Shown here: in pieces, positions 1-12,890 of the stretch | How positions within the stretch are numbered: the first letter of the stretch is position 1 | Layout of the letters: every line of letters starts with the position of its first letter | DNA from: Octopus sinensis | Taxonomy: Eukaryota | Direction of reading: 5' to 3' | DNA: 64,000 nt | Assembly (NCBI RefSeq): GCF_006345805.1 | Contig: NC_042998.1 | Location: 101,618,001 to 101,682,000, forward strand | Position numbers and translations under genes: made by a program | The notes under the pieces: generated by a model | Told to the model about the DNA's origin: nothing | The model's database searches: none | Seen by the model: the letters and a program-made list of their open reading frames with translations, nothing else

Positions 1-239
1 GAAAAGGTGTGGTGTTACAAGTTCGACAGCTGTTTCTGGAGCTTGAGGTTACTTCATAATGTTTGCAGATGTAGTTCAGATTTTTATCTCTCCAACTCGA
101 AGACAGAGGTCGGAACTATCCAACGTTTATTAGATTACATTACTGGTGGCATATGATGGTGAACTACATCAACCAATACTATGAAGTACCTCCGAGCCTC
201 GAGAAACAGCTGTCAGACTTGTAACATCAGACCTTCCCC
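1..239. repeat. Imperfect foldback element with about 80-bp arms, possibly running off the window edge; carries a GAAAC-AGCT-GTC hammerhead-like half
   Basis: 14-58 gttacaagttcgacagctgtttctggagcttgaggttacttcata is the imperfect reverse complement of 180-225 tatgaagtacctccgagcctcgagaaacagctgtcagacttgtaac. Also gatgtagttca (68-78) pairs with tgaactacatc (160-170). Confidence 0.75.
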
Positions 240-522
240 ACTCTAATAGTATGAGTCTTCTGTACGCTGGGCAACTTTGCTCTGTTAATATATAAATATT
301 TTTGTATTTATACTTGAATATTCGTCTTCTGAAAATCTTCAGTCCTTGTCTTCTCTCTATTTACATGTGTACATATATAAATATACTATATCAAACCCAA
401 GCAGTTTTATTTGCTTATTTGTATAATTGCTTCCATATCTGCTCACCTGGATTCTCTTATAGCCAATCTTTACTCCGTAGAGTTGGTCCTCGGTAAATGT
501 TTCAGAGGGTAAGTTCAAATCA

Positions 523-910
523 TTTAAACTCTAGGCATAAGAGCCAAATTTTTGTGGATGGGGCCAGTCGATTAGATCGACCCAAGCATGCAACTTATAC
601 TTATTTATCGACTCCGAAAGGATGAAAGGCAAATTCGACGTCGGCGGAATTTGAACACAGAACATAAAGACAGACGAAATACCTATTTCTTTACTACCCA
701 CAAGGGGCTAAACACAGAGAGGACAAACAACGACAGACAAACGGATTAAGTCGATTATATCGACCCCAATGTGTAACTGGTACTTATTTAATCGACACCG
801 AAAGGATGAAAGGCAAAGTTGACCTCGGCGGAATTTGAACTCAGAACGTAACTGCAGACGAAATACCGCTAAGCATTTCACCCGGCATGCTAACGTTTCT
901 GCCAGCTCGC
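523..910 (-). mobile_element. Dimeric tRNA-derived SINE (family A)
   Basis: Two tandem copies of the core atcgac(c/t/a)ccgaaaggatgaaaggcaaa-tcgac-tcggcggaatttgaac-cagaac. Head gcgagctggcagaaacgttagc on the - strand. Same dimer junction as 34170-34575. Confidence 0.85.
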
Positions 911-1017
911 AGTGTTTTGTATATTGAGAACCTCTGGATTTCATCTGTTGACTCTCTCTTTCTCTCTCTCAGTGACACAATCACACACACACACACACAC
1001 AACACACACACACACAC

Positions 1018-1050
<33 letters not shown>

Positions 1051-1140
1051 CACACACACATGATGTCTGTGTATGTCTTTGTGTACGTGTTTGTCCTCCA
1101 TCAATGCTTGTTCAGCCGGTAATTGTTTATTTACGCTCCT

Positions 1141-1287
1141 GACTTGAGCGTTTCGTCAAAAGAATCGATATAGTAGGTACCATGATTGAAAAAGTTCCGA
1201 GGTTGAATCTTTGGTCTAAATCCTAGAAGACCGTGCCCTTGCATGACTGCAGTCCAATGATTAAAACAAGTAAAACATAAAAGATTA
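1141..1287 (+). mobile_element. 3' fragment of SINE family C
   Basis: Tail gcatgactgcagtccaatgattaaaacaagtaaaa resembles the tail at 35826-35865 (gcatgatcgcagtcaaatgactgaaaccaataaa). Confidence 0.55.
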
Positions 1288-1763
1288 GAGATAAATTTAA
1301 TATCTATTATATTTCTTTACCTTTAATGTTATGGCAGGTATCAACTCGTGTTAGGAGCTAGAATTTATGCGGCAATAAGGTATGCAGTTACTTAAGTTTT
1401 AGTTAGTAGTGAGCCAGACTAGATAGTAAGCAAAATGCATCTACTTTAACATACTTAAAGTTATTTTAACATATTTCTCCTGAGAATATTTGTTACTCTA
1501 TGCACGTACACAACAAACATATTCTCACTACACACACACACACACACACATACACGCACACGCGCACACACACACAAACACACATACACACACGCACACA
1601 TAAAGACATACACGAACACACACGCGCGGCACAAACATGCCAACATCTTCCCTCTGCCCTCTTCTCTTCCTCTCTCAGTATACGTACATAGATATACACA
1701 CACAAACACACAAACACGTGTACATACACACATACACACACACACATACACACACACACACAC

Positions 1764-1832
<69 letters not shown>

Positions 1833-2553
1833 CGCTCGCATATATATATATATATATAATCTTTTCATGCAAGCCCAGGATTATAAATATATATAGTTTT
1901 CTATGCGTTTATTATCTATCTGAATTCTGCTTTACTGGAGGTAATTTTTTGGCACGCCAAGTTCCTAGCTAAAATGAAATCATTTCGTATTATTTACGTC
2001 ATTACTGTCCTTGGGAATCTCATACCGTCACAAATTGCCACTCTACCTTATATTCAATGTATAAATTTCTTTATCTATATAAGAAACATTTATTTATAGT
2101 ATAGCAGTAGAGAACTGACACGGAGATATATTACATTACTTCTATATGAAATAACGGCGGAAAAAAATGTATGTTGTCGCTCAACTTTCTAGAAATAGTC
2201 GCCAAATCTTTCCAAAAACACAACATTCCGTTTTAGAGCAGTCAATTATATTGAATAATGTGGTCCTAATAGCACTGTTTCTTGAGTAAAAGACAGTATG
2301 GTTATTGTAGGCCTACTCATTGAGAAGCGACTTATAGGTATGCAGCAGTAGCAACTGCAGCCACAAACCTCATCATCAACATCAACATTATGGATTATGA
2401 ATCATCTGAGTTCTGAGAATAAATCATATGAGACTATGCAAAATACGTTTAATAAACTGACATTATTTATATTCTTTCCACCTCATCTCCACTTCCTACA
2501 CACACACACACACAGACACACACACACATGTATGTGTGAAAGTCTGTATGTGC

Positions 2554-2590
<37 letters not shown>

Positions 2591-2592
<2 letters not shown>

Positions 2593-3051
2593 ATTCAAAG
2601 GAAACCAACTCTGTTATTTATGTTTGATTTATATTCTTTATAATATTAATGTAGAGTATAGAATATATAGTATAAATAATATATATATATATAGTAAAAT
2701 GAAATGAAATATTGATTGTCTTATTGAATAGATGAAATATTGAATATAAAATATGAAGGGACTATTTTACTTCCTTGCATTAAAGCAGACTTCAAGGTCC
2801 CAGGTTGTGACAGGAGTGTGACAGGAGTGTTGAAACAATTCTGTCACAACCTGGGACTGCTTTAATGCAAGGAAGTATACTAGTCCCTTAATATTTGATA
2901 TTCAATATTTCATCTATTCAATAAGACAATCAATACTTCATTTCATTTTACTATATATACTATTTATGCAATATATTTTATATTCTACATTAACATTATA
3001 AAGAATATAAATAAAACATAAAAAAAACAGAGTTGGAATTCCTTTGTATAA
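2591..3051. mobile_element. About 460-bp palindromic foldback/MITE-like element in TA-rich flanks
   Basis: About 220-bp arms: ttattcaaaggaaaccaactctg...ccaggttgtgacagga versus ttctgtcacaacctggg...cagagttggaattcctttgtataa. The short central loop contains a duplicated gtgacaggagt. Confidence 0.8.
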
Positions 3052-3087
3052 AATATATATCTCTATACACTACCATACAAACCCCTT

Positions 3088-3145
<58 letters not shown>

Positions 3146-4078
3146 GTAAGATCCAGGGACCTAGGTGTAGGAAGCAAGTTAGTTACAAGCAATCCGTAGT
3201 AAATACAAAAATAAAACAACTTCCAAGGTTTAGTGGTTTATTGAGACAGAAGGTTGTGGATTTTTTTCGTATCGAAGTACGATGAACTGAAAAAGTTCGT
3301 TTTATATTTAACGGTAGACGACCAAGAGTTATGGAATGGAGCACATATGATCCTGGCTACATATGTTTCATAGGGAGCGGAACCTTAGCAGTTGTAATTA
3401 TCCAAGTGAGGTGTATACCGCAGGCTACTTTGCAGGCTAAGGATATCTTGATTAAAGGAAAATTTACATTGCATTAACATGTACCTTGCGGCAATGTAAA
3501 CTTTCATTTAATCAAGATATCCTTGGCCTGAAGAGCAGCCTGTGGTATATATCTCGCCAGGGTATTTACCACTTCTGCGGTTCCGCTTCTTATGAAACAT
3601 ATGTATCCCGGATCTTATCTACTCCATTACGCAGCTCTTGTGTGTGTGTATGTGTGTGTGTAATATATATATATATATATATATATAGTAAAATGAAATG
3701 AAATATTGATTGTCTTATTGAATAGATGAAATATTGAATATAAAATATGAAGGGACTATTTTACTTCCTTGCATTAAAGCAGACTTCAAGGTCCCAGGTT
3801 GTGACAGGAGTGTGACAGGAGTGTTGAAACAATTCTGTCACAACCTGGGACTGCTTTAATGCAAGGAAGTATACTAGTCCCTTAATATTTGATATTCAAT
3901 ATTTCATCTATTCAGTAAGACAATCAATACTTCATTTCATTTTACTATATATACTATTTATGCAATATATTTTATATTCTACATTAACATTATAAAGAAT
4001 ATAAATAAAACATAAAAAAAACAGAGTTGGAATTCCTTTGTATAAAATATATATCTCTATACACTACCATACAAACCC

Positions 4079-4136
<58 letters not shown>

Positions 4137-4653
4137 GTAAGATCCAGGGACCTAGGTGTAGGAAGCAAGTTAGTTACAAGCAATCCGTAGTAAATACAAA
4201 AATAAAACAACTTCCAAGGTTTAGTGGTTTATTGAGACAGAAGGTTGTGGATTTTTTTCGTATCGAAGTACGATGAACTGAAAAAGTTCGTTTTATATTT
4301 AACGGTAGACGACCAAGAGTTATGGAATGGAGCACATATGATCCTGGCTACATATGTTTCATAGGGAGCGGAACCTTAGCAGTTGTAATTATCCAAGTGA
4401 GGTGTATACCGCAGGCTACTTTGCAGGCTAAGGATATCTTGATTAAAGGAAAATTTACATTGCATTAACATGTACCTTGCGGCAATGTAAACTTTCATTT
4501 AATCAAGACATCCTTGGCCTGAAGAGCAGCCTGTGGTATATATCTCGCCAGGGTATTTACCACTTCTGCGGTTCCGCTTCTTATGAAACATATGTATCCC
4601 GGATCTTATCTACTCCATTACGCAGCTCTTGTGTGTGTGTATGTGTGTGTGTA

Positions 4654-4680
<27 letters not shown>
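2693..4680. repeat. Direct tandem duplication of about 994 bp (2693-3686 / 3687-4680)
   Basis: The units are colinear and nearly identical. Outside the microsatellites I see only two substitutions (tattcaataag/tattcagtaag; caagatatcc/caagacatcc). Breakpoints lie in (TA)n tracts. Confidence 0.95.
3323..3640. mobile_element. About 318-bp foldback/MITE-like element (second copy at 4314-4631)
   Basis: caagag..aatggag..gatcc..catatgtttcata..gcggaacc..ggatatcttgattaaa..tttacattgc is mirrored by gcaatgtaaa..tttaatcaagatatcc..ggttccgc..tatgaaacatatg..ggatc..ctccatt..ctcttg, with a loop of about 18 nt. Confidence 0.8.
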
Positions 4681-4687
<7 letters not shown>

Positions 4688-4688
<1 letters not shown>

Positions 4689-4988
4689 GAGGTGCAATGG
4701 CCCTGTGGTTAGGGCAGTCGACTCGCGGTCGTAGGATCGCAGCTTCGATTTACAGACCGAATGTTCTGAGTGTTTATTGAGCGAAAGCACCTAAAACTAT
4801 AAGAAACTCCGGCAGGCGTACTCTTTCACCACAATTTTCTTTCACTCTTCCTGTTTCTGTGATACCTGTATTTCAAAGGGCCAGCCTTGTTACACTCTGT
4901 GTCAACCTGAATCTCCTCAAGAACTACGATAAGGGTACACATGTCTGTGGTGTCCTGGAACCCTCGTCGTAGAAACTGACGAAGTGCC
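4688..4988 (+). mobile_element. tRNA-derived SINE family B, alternative-tail variant
   Basis: Head ggaggtgcaatggccctgtggttagggcagtcgactcgcggtcgtaggatcgcagcttcgatt has A/B-box-like motifs and is shared with 47407-47716 and 61320-61627. The 3' half differs from those copies. It lies between microsatellites. Confidence 0.8.
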
Positions 4989-4992
4989 ACGA

Positions 4993-5040
<48 letters not shown>

Positions 5041-5559
5041 ATATTATATATATATATATGTGTAAGTGTGTGTGTGTGTGCGTGTGTGGGTGTGCGCGCG
5101 CGTTTATATATAAGATGGAAGACCTGTAAGTGGATATCCATTATGCTAGAAGAAGATCCGCTATGATCTTACCACTAAGAAGGAATGTTCTGAAGAAAAT
5201 TTAGCAAACACCAGAACGTAAGCGAGCAAGACAAATTGAAAGATACAAAATGTAGATTAATCACAAACCCGGTTTCGTTGTTATCGCTTTAGACCACTGG
5301 TTTTAAATTGATTATTATATTAATATTCAATTTTTCACCCCTATTATTTTAAATATATACAAATATAATAGTGCTGTGGAACCAAAATAGATCTTTATGC
5401 ATATACTTATGCATATATTTTTTAGACCATTGGGTCTAATAAAACATTGATAGAACCTTAAAATTAAAACAACCACCAGATTGAAACCCAACCGACCAGA
5501 GAACTGTCGTGTGAGACCACAAGTAAAAGACATGTTCTGTTGTGCAAGTGAAACACCCC

Positions 5560-5800
5560 CACGGACACCAATGTGGTTAGAAAAATACAAGTGAAAGAGG
5601 GCATCTATGCACCATTTATAGGGAGTTTGCAAATCCTGTTCCCAATATACGCTTTCAGTTTCATATCTATTATTATTAGAGCAACAGGATATGTACCAAC
5701 ACGTCTGGAGAAAAGTTTGACGGATCTTGTGTTCTACAGGAGAGAATGCAACTGTATAATTCATGCACTACAAATGAAATCTGGGACACTAAAAGTCTAC
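5560..5800 (+). pseudogene. Degenerate Penelope-like GIY-YIG endonuclease fragment
   Basis: TNVVRKIQVKEGIYAPFIGS and a frameshifted QHVWRK resemble PLE endonuclease motifs (NVVY..T...YIG, SKHVW.LK). It lies just upstream of a hammerhead-like motif at 6118. Confidence 0.4.
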
Positions 5801-6117
5801 AAGACCTTTTAAAGACTTAAAGGATGTTGAACAATACAAAATGCATTCCTTCATAATCATGCTTTCAAAGTATGTGGCCGGTCAAAATTAACTCCTAATT
5901 AAATAGAGAAGCGGGACATGTATAAATATACATACATACGCACTACTTGAAGACACACGCGGATGGGCAGGAGAAGGTAAATGAACCTCATTCATATTTT
6001 AAATTCAGCGGTACTAACACTGAATATGAACTGTCTGATACCGTTAGGTGGAGAGATATGTTTAATTATTCCAGTACCCTCAAATTTAATATTTCAATAT
6101 TTAATTATTGAGGAATG

Positions 6118-6468
6118 CCATAATGATGAGGAAAATGGTTGGTAAAGTATAATTCTATATTCTTTATACCGATCTAATTCCGAAACGCGCGTCCATGGAT
6201 GACCAGATATTGACTGATTTTCGTTGCTTTCCTCTGCCTGTGTGGATTGTTTTCAAGTATTTTGGTTTTTCTGGGAGTCCCTTTTTAAAGTAGAAGAAAT
6301 AGCTAAGGTTTTGGCTGCTATTTCTAAACTTCGGTATGTGGTAAAGCAAATCTTTGCTGAACCCTAATTATTAAGTATTAATTAAGTTTACCGTGAAATG
6401 GTCCGTTTTTCATGCCGAATTCTACTTGGTGAAATTATTGATTACTTCTTAATTAATTAATTTTACCC
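6118..6468 (+). mobile_element. PLE terminal-repeat-like element beginning with a degenerate type I hammerhead motif
   Basis: ccata-ATGATGA-GGAA..long stem II..TTCC-GAAAC-GCGC-GTC-catgg (6118-6198), then ttggctgctatttctaa..ccctaattatt..aattaattttaccct. The body is shared with 35035-35383 and 46741-46880 and ends next to (TA)n. Confidence 0.6.
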
Positions 6469-6470
6469 TT

Positions 6471-6570
<100 letters not shown>

Positions 6571-8310
6571 TCTATGGTTGTGGCAAGAACAGGAAAGCCA
6601 TGACAAAAGGGAACACGGAGCTGAGGGAAAGCTTTTTCCTATTAAGCTATTGAGAGCCATTATCATTCCACGTATCCCATTATTGAAAGTGAAATGTTTT
6701 CTAATTTTGTACATATTTTTAAAATTTTGTTCTACATTAATTAAAGTTTCATTGAAACAGCGTATGCATTCACCTACGAAAGCTTTCATCCGTACGAAAT
6801 TTCCGCTCATATCTACAAAATGTTTCCTAACTTTAACCATTTCCATGCAATCTTTGCACAGTTAGCTTTGATCAATCCATTCTTATAGATTTTGATGAAG
6901 GGTCGTTATTTCAATGGTTCTTCATTTTAGTAAGCTTACAAAGAATAAGTCCTGTGGTCGATTTCTGCAACTAAAGCCTGTGATCCAGTCTATGTCAATC
7001 TCCCTCTCTACTTCGCTGCTGTGGCTTATTTTGCTGTCGGTTTATCCCATGTATAGGCTTACGCTAGACATTCTAAGTCATCACCTACCCCTCTACTTCT
7101 ATTATAATTGTTTCAAATGAACTGAACATTGGTAAAAACGTTAGCTCAACCTCCACAATCTACTGTCGTCAAGATCGTTCAGTTCTAAAATTGCTCATAC
7201 TACCTGCCACTGCATTAGATACTGACTCTTTATGCAACAATCAGTGTCAAATTAATTTTCTTTCAAAGAACGATTTGTGTCCAAAACGCTAAATTTGTTT
7301 TGCTCCTCACGATAAAAATAATATTTCACTATCTGCATTATCTGTAACACTTTTTACTGTCTGCTATATTTGTAAAACTTGTTGCTGTATATATTCTTAG
7401 TTTATATTTCTGACGGGAATTGTTATGTCAGAATATCAAATAACCCTTGCAAACCAGAAACGTTTCTTTTTCAGAAAAGATTTCCATCGTCTAAAATAGC
7501 TCCTGCAGCAAACTGATAGTCACAACAAAACATAAAACACATGACTATATATCAAGGTCACAGCCAGAATTTAGAAAAGTAAATGAATCTCGCTAATAAC
7601 TGTAAATATTTCCCCGTGATCTATAATGTAACAAGTGAATGTGATGACTTCACACAGTTCTTATTTAAGAATGTCACTATTAAAACAACAATTCTACTAA
7701 AAATTAGGTAAATATATTACACTGATCAAGTGAAGAGAGAATATCACAGACTGTATCAGATACTTAAGCTCACCCGTACTTCATATACTTAATTGTTCAG
7801 ATATGATATACTTCAAAGTAGGTGAAGATATTTAATTTGCCAGGTTAATTATAAGTTAAATTTACTCAATGACAGCAATCAACCAACGATACTATCTTTT
7901 AAACAGAAATCGAAGAAACCGCAAGGGTTCCTACTGGAAAAAAAAAGCAACGGACAAGTCAACGGCAATTGCAACACGTGATTTCTCGTTGACGATAGTT
8001 TGGGCTTCATTGCGTTGATCAACAACAACAAATGCATCCATAGAAACCACACGCGTCTATTAATCAAACATCTAAACGGGTGGATTTTAAGTTTTTAGTG
8101 CGACCAATTATCAACAGGGAATACTCTTTCTAATCAGTTTAACTTATTTTGTTTGACTTCAATTATTATGACGGAACCTAGGATACAAATACATAGTATA
8201 CTAAAAATTGAAAATACTTATACGATAACAGGTTTTAAATTGGATAAAGTTACACTCCTTCGCAGCCTGATGCGTATGACTCGAAACATTTTACTGTGCT
8301 GAATTGAAAT

Positions 8311-8663
8311 AGAGCACTGAGAGAGCGCAAACCTCAGCCAAGGCAACTCTAACAATCTTTTAACGGAGATGATTTTTAAAATTAGAATATCTTAAATAAA
8401 CTCGACTGCTCTCACATAAGAGAATACTGAAAAATGAACCCGACCACTCTAAAAAATTAAGTAAAAAAAACAGAAAATTAATCCAAAATCCTTGCTCGGT
8501 ACCGGATCGATCCTTAAATCTAATCGTTTCGTACCAGTCACGAGGCCAAGCGTCCCTGAAAGTTTCATCTGAATACATACAGCGGTTCTTAAGTTATCTT
8601 GTCCACGGGCTAATAACCAAAGAAACACCACCGACAACAATACATCCAAGGCGGAGGTAATAA
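8311..8663 (+). mobile_element. Non-autonomous interspersed repeat with a subterminal inverted motif; class uncertain (possibly Helentron/HINE-like or Crypton-like)
   Basis: acctcagcc (8331-8339) and ggcggaggt (8650-8658) form an inverted pair. The internal aaagtttcatctgaat..gttatcttgtcc block is of a type common in animal non-autonomous elements (recognised from memory). Confidence 0.35.
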
Positions 8664-10714
8664 CCTTAGATAACTTTATAATGAAGCCGTCAAGAAGCAT
8701 AACACGAATCGTAAGCATAACACGAATCTTTGGCCGATAAAAATTGATTAAGAAATGTTGTAATATCACCTTGCTATTCTTTGTACAGAAGAGTCAGGAA
8801 GTGGGGATTCCGTTGTTTGAGAGCGGTGTAACAAAGCTGGTTAAGACAGAGATCTGAGTTATAATATAGAAATTTAGCTCTTATCTCTAATAGTGCATTT
8901 AATGCGATATTTACTTGGAAGATTATATAACCGACAAAGAAACCGATGCAACCAATATGGAAGTATTTTAAATGTTAGTTCGGCAGAGGCCTGGTTGCCA
9001 ATGAAGAATTGCCGGATTTTTATTGCTTGACCTTCAAAAATATTTTCAGTTATAGATGAAATTACAGCTAAATTTATGTTAGAATGTACTAGTTTGCCCT
9101 CAGCGGAACATATTTGGGTAAAACACATGGAGTATCCAAAAATTTGGAAAATCTGACATATAAGGGTTTTAATGGCATTTGATACGTTTAAATGTAAACG
9201 ATACTACAATACGGTGTAAAATATAATTTGTCATAAAGAGTAACGTTAAAAGAAATTGTTTTTCATATTAGGTATTCAACAAAAAAGGAGAATTTTTTTC
9301 TTATTGGGCTGAAAAGGAAACATGAAAGCACCTGCGTATAAATTGGCACCTGGCAGTATGCGAAATTTAATGCAATAACTTGGACAGTGTATGCTGTTGA
9401 CTATCAACAAATTCTCGATACTTGTTCCACTTCTAGTATGTGCAAAAGTGTATACATTGACAGTTGAATGTTTATGAAATCCATTTATATGTTTTGACTT
9501 AAGTACCTCCGGCTGTTTTACTCCAATATCTCCCACACAAAATATGGCTAAAGGATGGTAGAAATTAATAAACGCATGTTCAAAGTTATGAAGTATGAAG
9601 ATCCATACGCTGTCTTAAATGGGGAAATTATGCGAAAAGATCACGTATTAACACGAAATCGAAAGCTCTGAAGGGGAAATTGAAAATTGGGAAAAAGGAA
9701 GAGATATTTCCGTCTACTGCTTGAGACCAAAGCATATTCAGTGTTGGAGTCATTACTTTTAAAGATGAACAATAAAGAAAACTTGTAATCAGTAATCAGT
9801 TACTGATGAAGGCAATGGCACAACTATCGATATTTGAAATTTCTATGAGAAAGACCCCTCTTGTTTGGCTGACATTGAAGACCACATAGATGAAATATTA
9901 GCTGATGGCACGCAGTTAATATCAGAGCTTCGTACAATTTGCCAGCTATTAATGTTACTTTCTTGGAAATCTACTGCGGTTGAACAAACATCTTCCCAGG
10001 GAAAACGATGAGATATGACTTTGGTGAAGAATGACACCGAAACCAAAGGGTTGTGAGCCAATATTCTTGCTATAGGTTTGTATCCCAAAGAACGCAAAAG
10101 GAAATTAAGCTTTATTGCAGATACTAAAGAATTTGCTTCCCAGAATGAAAATAAACAAAATAGCTGAGGCACGTTCTGACTGGTCGATTGAAAAATTTAG
10201 TTCCATGATAATGTTTAATGGTGAGGAATGGCTTTCGCCCTTAGAAAATAATTTTATAATTGATAATTAATTATGCATGCTCTACAAATTTCACTCGACA
10301 CCTTTCAAAGCATTCTCACACGTAATAGTCGTTTAGAAAATATTTATTTTCTTGTCATTCTAATTACAGTCAATTTAAACACGTATATTTATATACATTA
10401 TAGCAAGTATATTGACAATTATCTATGTTGGTTGAGCTTACTATCAATTAATCCATTTGAACCCAAAACTTTAAGATGTTGGCTACAGTTGAATGTTTTG
10501 ACTACAATATGTTTAGGATTAAGAGCTGCTGCGTATTAAGATTAGACTGAAAGACATACAGAAGAAATATTTGAATAGTTAAATCATGTGGGAGGATCGA
10601 TAAAGGAAAATATATATCAAAATATGTGTATACCAACATACATATACACCAATAGGTGAATATATGTACATACAAACAGGCATACATGCAAATCCGTATG
10701 TATATATACTTGCA

Positions 10715-10745
<31 letters not shown>

Positions 10746-10792
10746 ATTATCTTTCTATCTATCTACCTATCTATCTATATCTATATCTATCT

Positions 10793-10906
<114 letters not shown>

Positions 10907-12799
10907 GTGTGTATGTATATAGGTATATATACAGATATATAATCTAAAAGGAATCAAATATGAGAGCTGTTCTAAAAGTAATAAAAAAATGGGCATAACC
11001 ATTTTAGTAACTGACATAGATGTATCCAAATCCCACTTGTTGATAGACTAAGAATTCCTCTATGCAGCCGAAGTATTGAAAATATTCCTCATCTTAGGGT
11101 ATATACATATACCAAAGTTCAACCTAATTCTCGATTTCTCTGTGAAAACATTCGAGCATGCACATCTGTACTCACTTCTACACAACCACTTAACTCTCGT
11201 TTATGTCATCAAATGATTGACCCCAAAGGCTGTCCTTCACTAGACAGAACAGGTAGCAGGCGTAGGACGCCTTCTTTGGGATGTACGATGATGGCACAAC
11301 CATTGATCACCCCAATTTGCCAATTGCTTGATTTATTGCTAAATATATGTGTGTTTTTATTGTCGTGGTAAATGTGCGTCTCCTTAGATTCTTGTTCGAT
11401 TTCTCTCTCCAAATTTGCTTCTCCTAACCTTTTTGTGTGCCTCAGTATATTTACAGACACAAACACTCACACACACACAGACACAAACACTCACACACAC
11501 ACAGAATAAATAGGATGCCAATACATAGTGTGTGTAGTAAAAATGCAAAACTTTTTCGCTTGTACGACAGTCGCTTTTTGGAAGCCACCGGGTTACATAG
11601 AAAAACTATGTATACTGGAATAATTTCAATAGATAAATGACATGGAGAATGTCAATTCGTATTCATCGTACAAAGAGAAGCACCCTGGATCTGTTATAAG
11701 CAACTTACGAGAAATTGTTCAAAATTTGTCCTGAGACACAGTGTGTGTCATTATATATGAGATGACAACAAATGAAAAGATTATGCAAATGATTTCATTA
11801 GCATCGACCTTTACACATAATATTTATTCTAAGTAGCTGTATCACGGGTTACGTCACTCTTAGTGCAGACACTCTTAGCATAATGATAACATATATGGTC
11901 GAATCTAGTTTAGCTCTACTGAGGTTCTTCATAAAGAGACAGACCGTAGTTTCTATCTACTCACCAAGGCACCATTTAATTCATGTATGTATGTATGTGT
12001 ATGTGTGTGTATGTATGTAAGTATGTGTATGTGTAAAACAATAAGAACAGGTTGAAAACACTAGATTTACATTTTATAAGTGTATGTATGCTTGTATGTG
12101 TGTGTGTTTTTGTGGGTATAAAACAATAAGAAAAGGTTGAAAAGATACTAAATTAGTATCTATATATTTATTTTATTATTTTATTCTTTTACTTGTTTTA
12201 GTCATTTTACTGCGGTCATGCTGGGGTGTCGCTTTTATATATGAAACAACTTTTATTTGTTAAATTAGAAGATAAATAGTTTCATTTTGTATCAATAAGT
12301 GTAAGAAAGGAAAAATATGAAATTATAGTTCCTCAAAGCAAATATTTTCATTTAACAGTTTTAGTCATAAAATATGAATGTACGTTTACACAAATCAGTT
12401 TTTATATATATATATAAAGAGAGAGAGAGAGAGAGAGAGAGGGAGGGAGAGAGAGAGAGGGGAGAGAGAGAGAAAGAAAAAAGGAGAGATCAATTACTAT
12501 TAATTTTTTTTCGTATATCAAAAATAGTTTTAGTGTAATTTGTATCCAAAAAGAGGTTTTCAGTAGTGGAATAAGTCTGGTTTTTGTTGTCGTATAGTTT
12601 ATCAGAGTTGCCTTAAGGGCATTCAGCTTCAGATCCATGTAGGTTTAATTTTATATAGCCATATGGCTATATGTATGTGTGTATGTATGTATGTATGTAT
12701 GTATGTATGTATGTATGTATGTATGTATGTATGTATGTATGTATGTATGTATGTATGTATGTATGTATGTATGTATGTATGTATGTATATGTATGCATG

Positions 12800-12878
<79 letters not shown>

Positions 12879-12890
12879 AACACACACATA

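Noticed and set aside
8266-8295. Additional hammerhead-like strings (ctgatgcg..cgaaac here; similar at about 5200, 11950 and 60270)
   Set aside because: Each lacks core nucleotides or a pairable stem I. At most they are decayed copies.
8800-10180. Possible ancient hAT-like transposase (FFSYW.., KRSRIN..)
   Set aside because: The motifs are too weak and frameshifted to call, and no TIR or TSD was found.
11222-11281. GC-richer stem-loop (ccca/aaggc/gtcct pairing) as a possible structured RNA or pre-miRNA
   Set aside because: Only about 14 bp with bulges and a 27-nt loop, which is compatible with chance.
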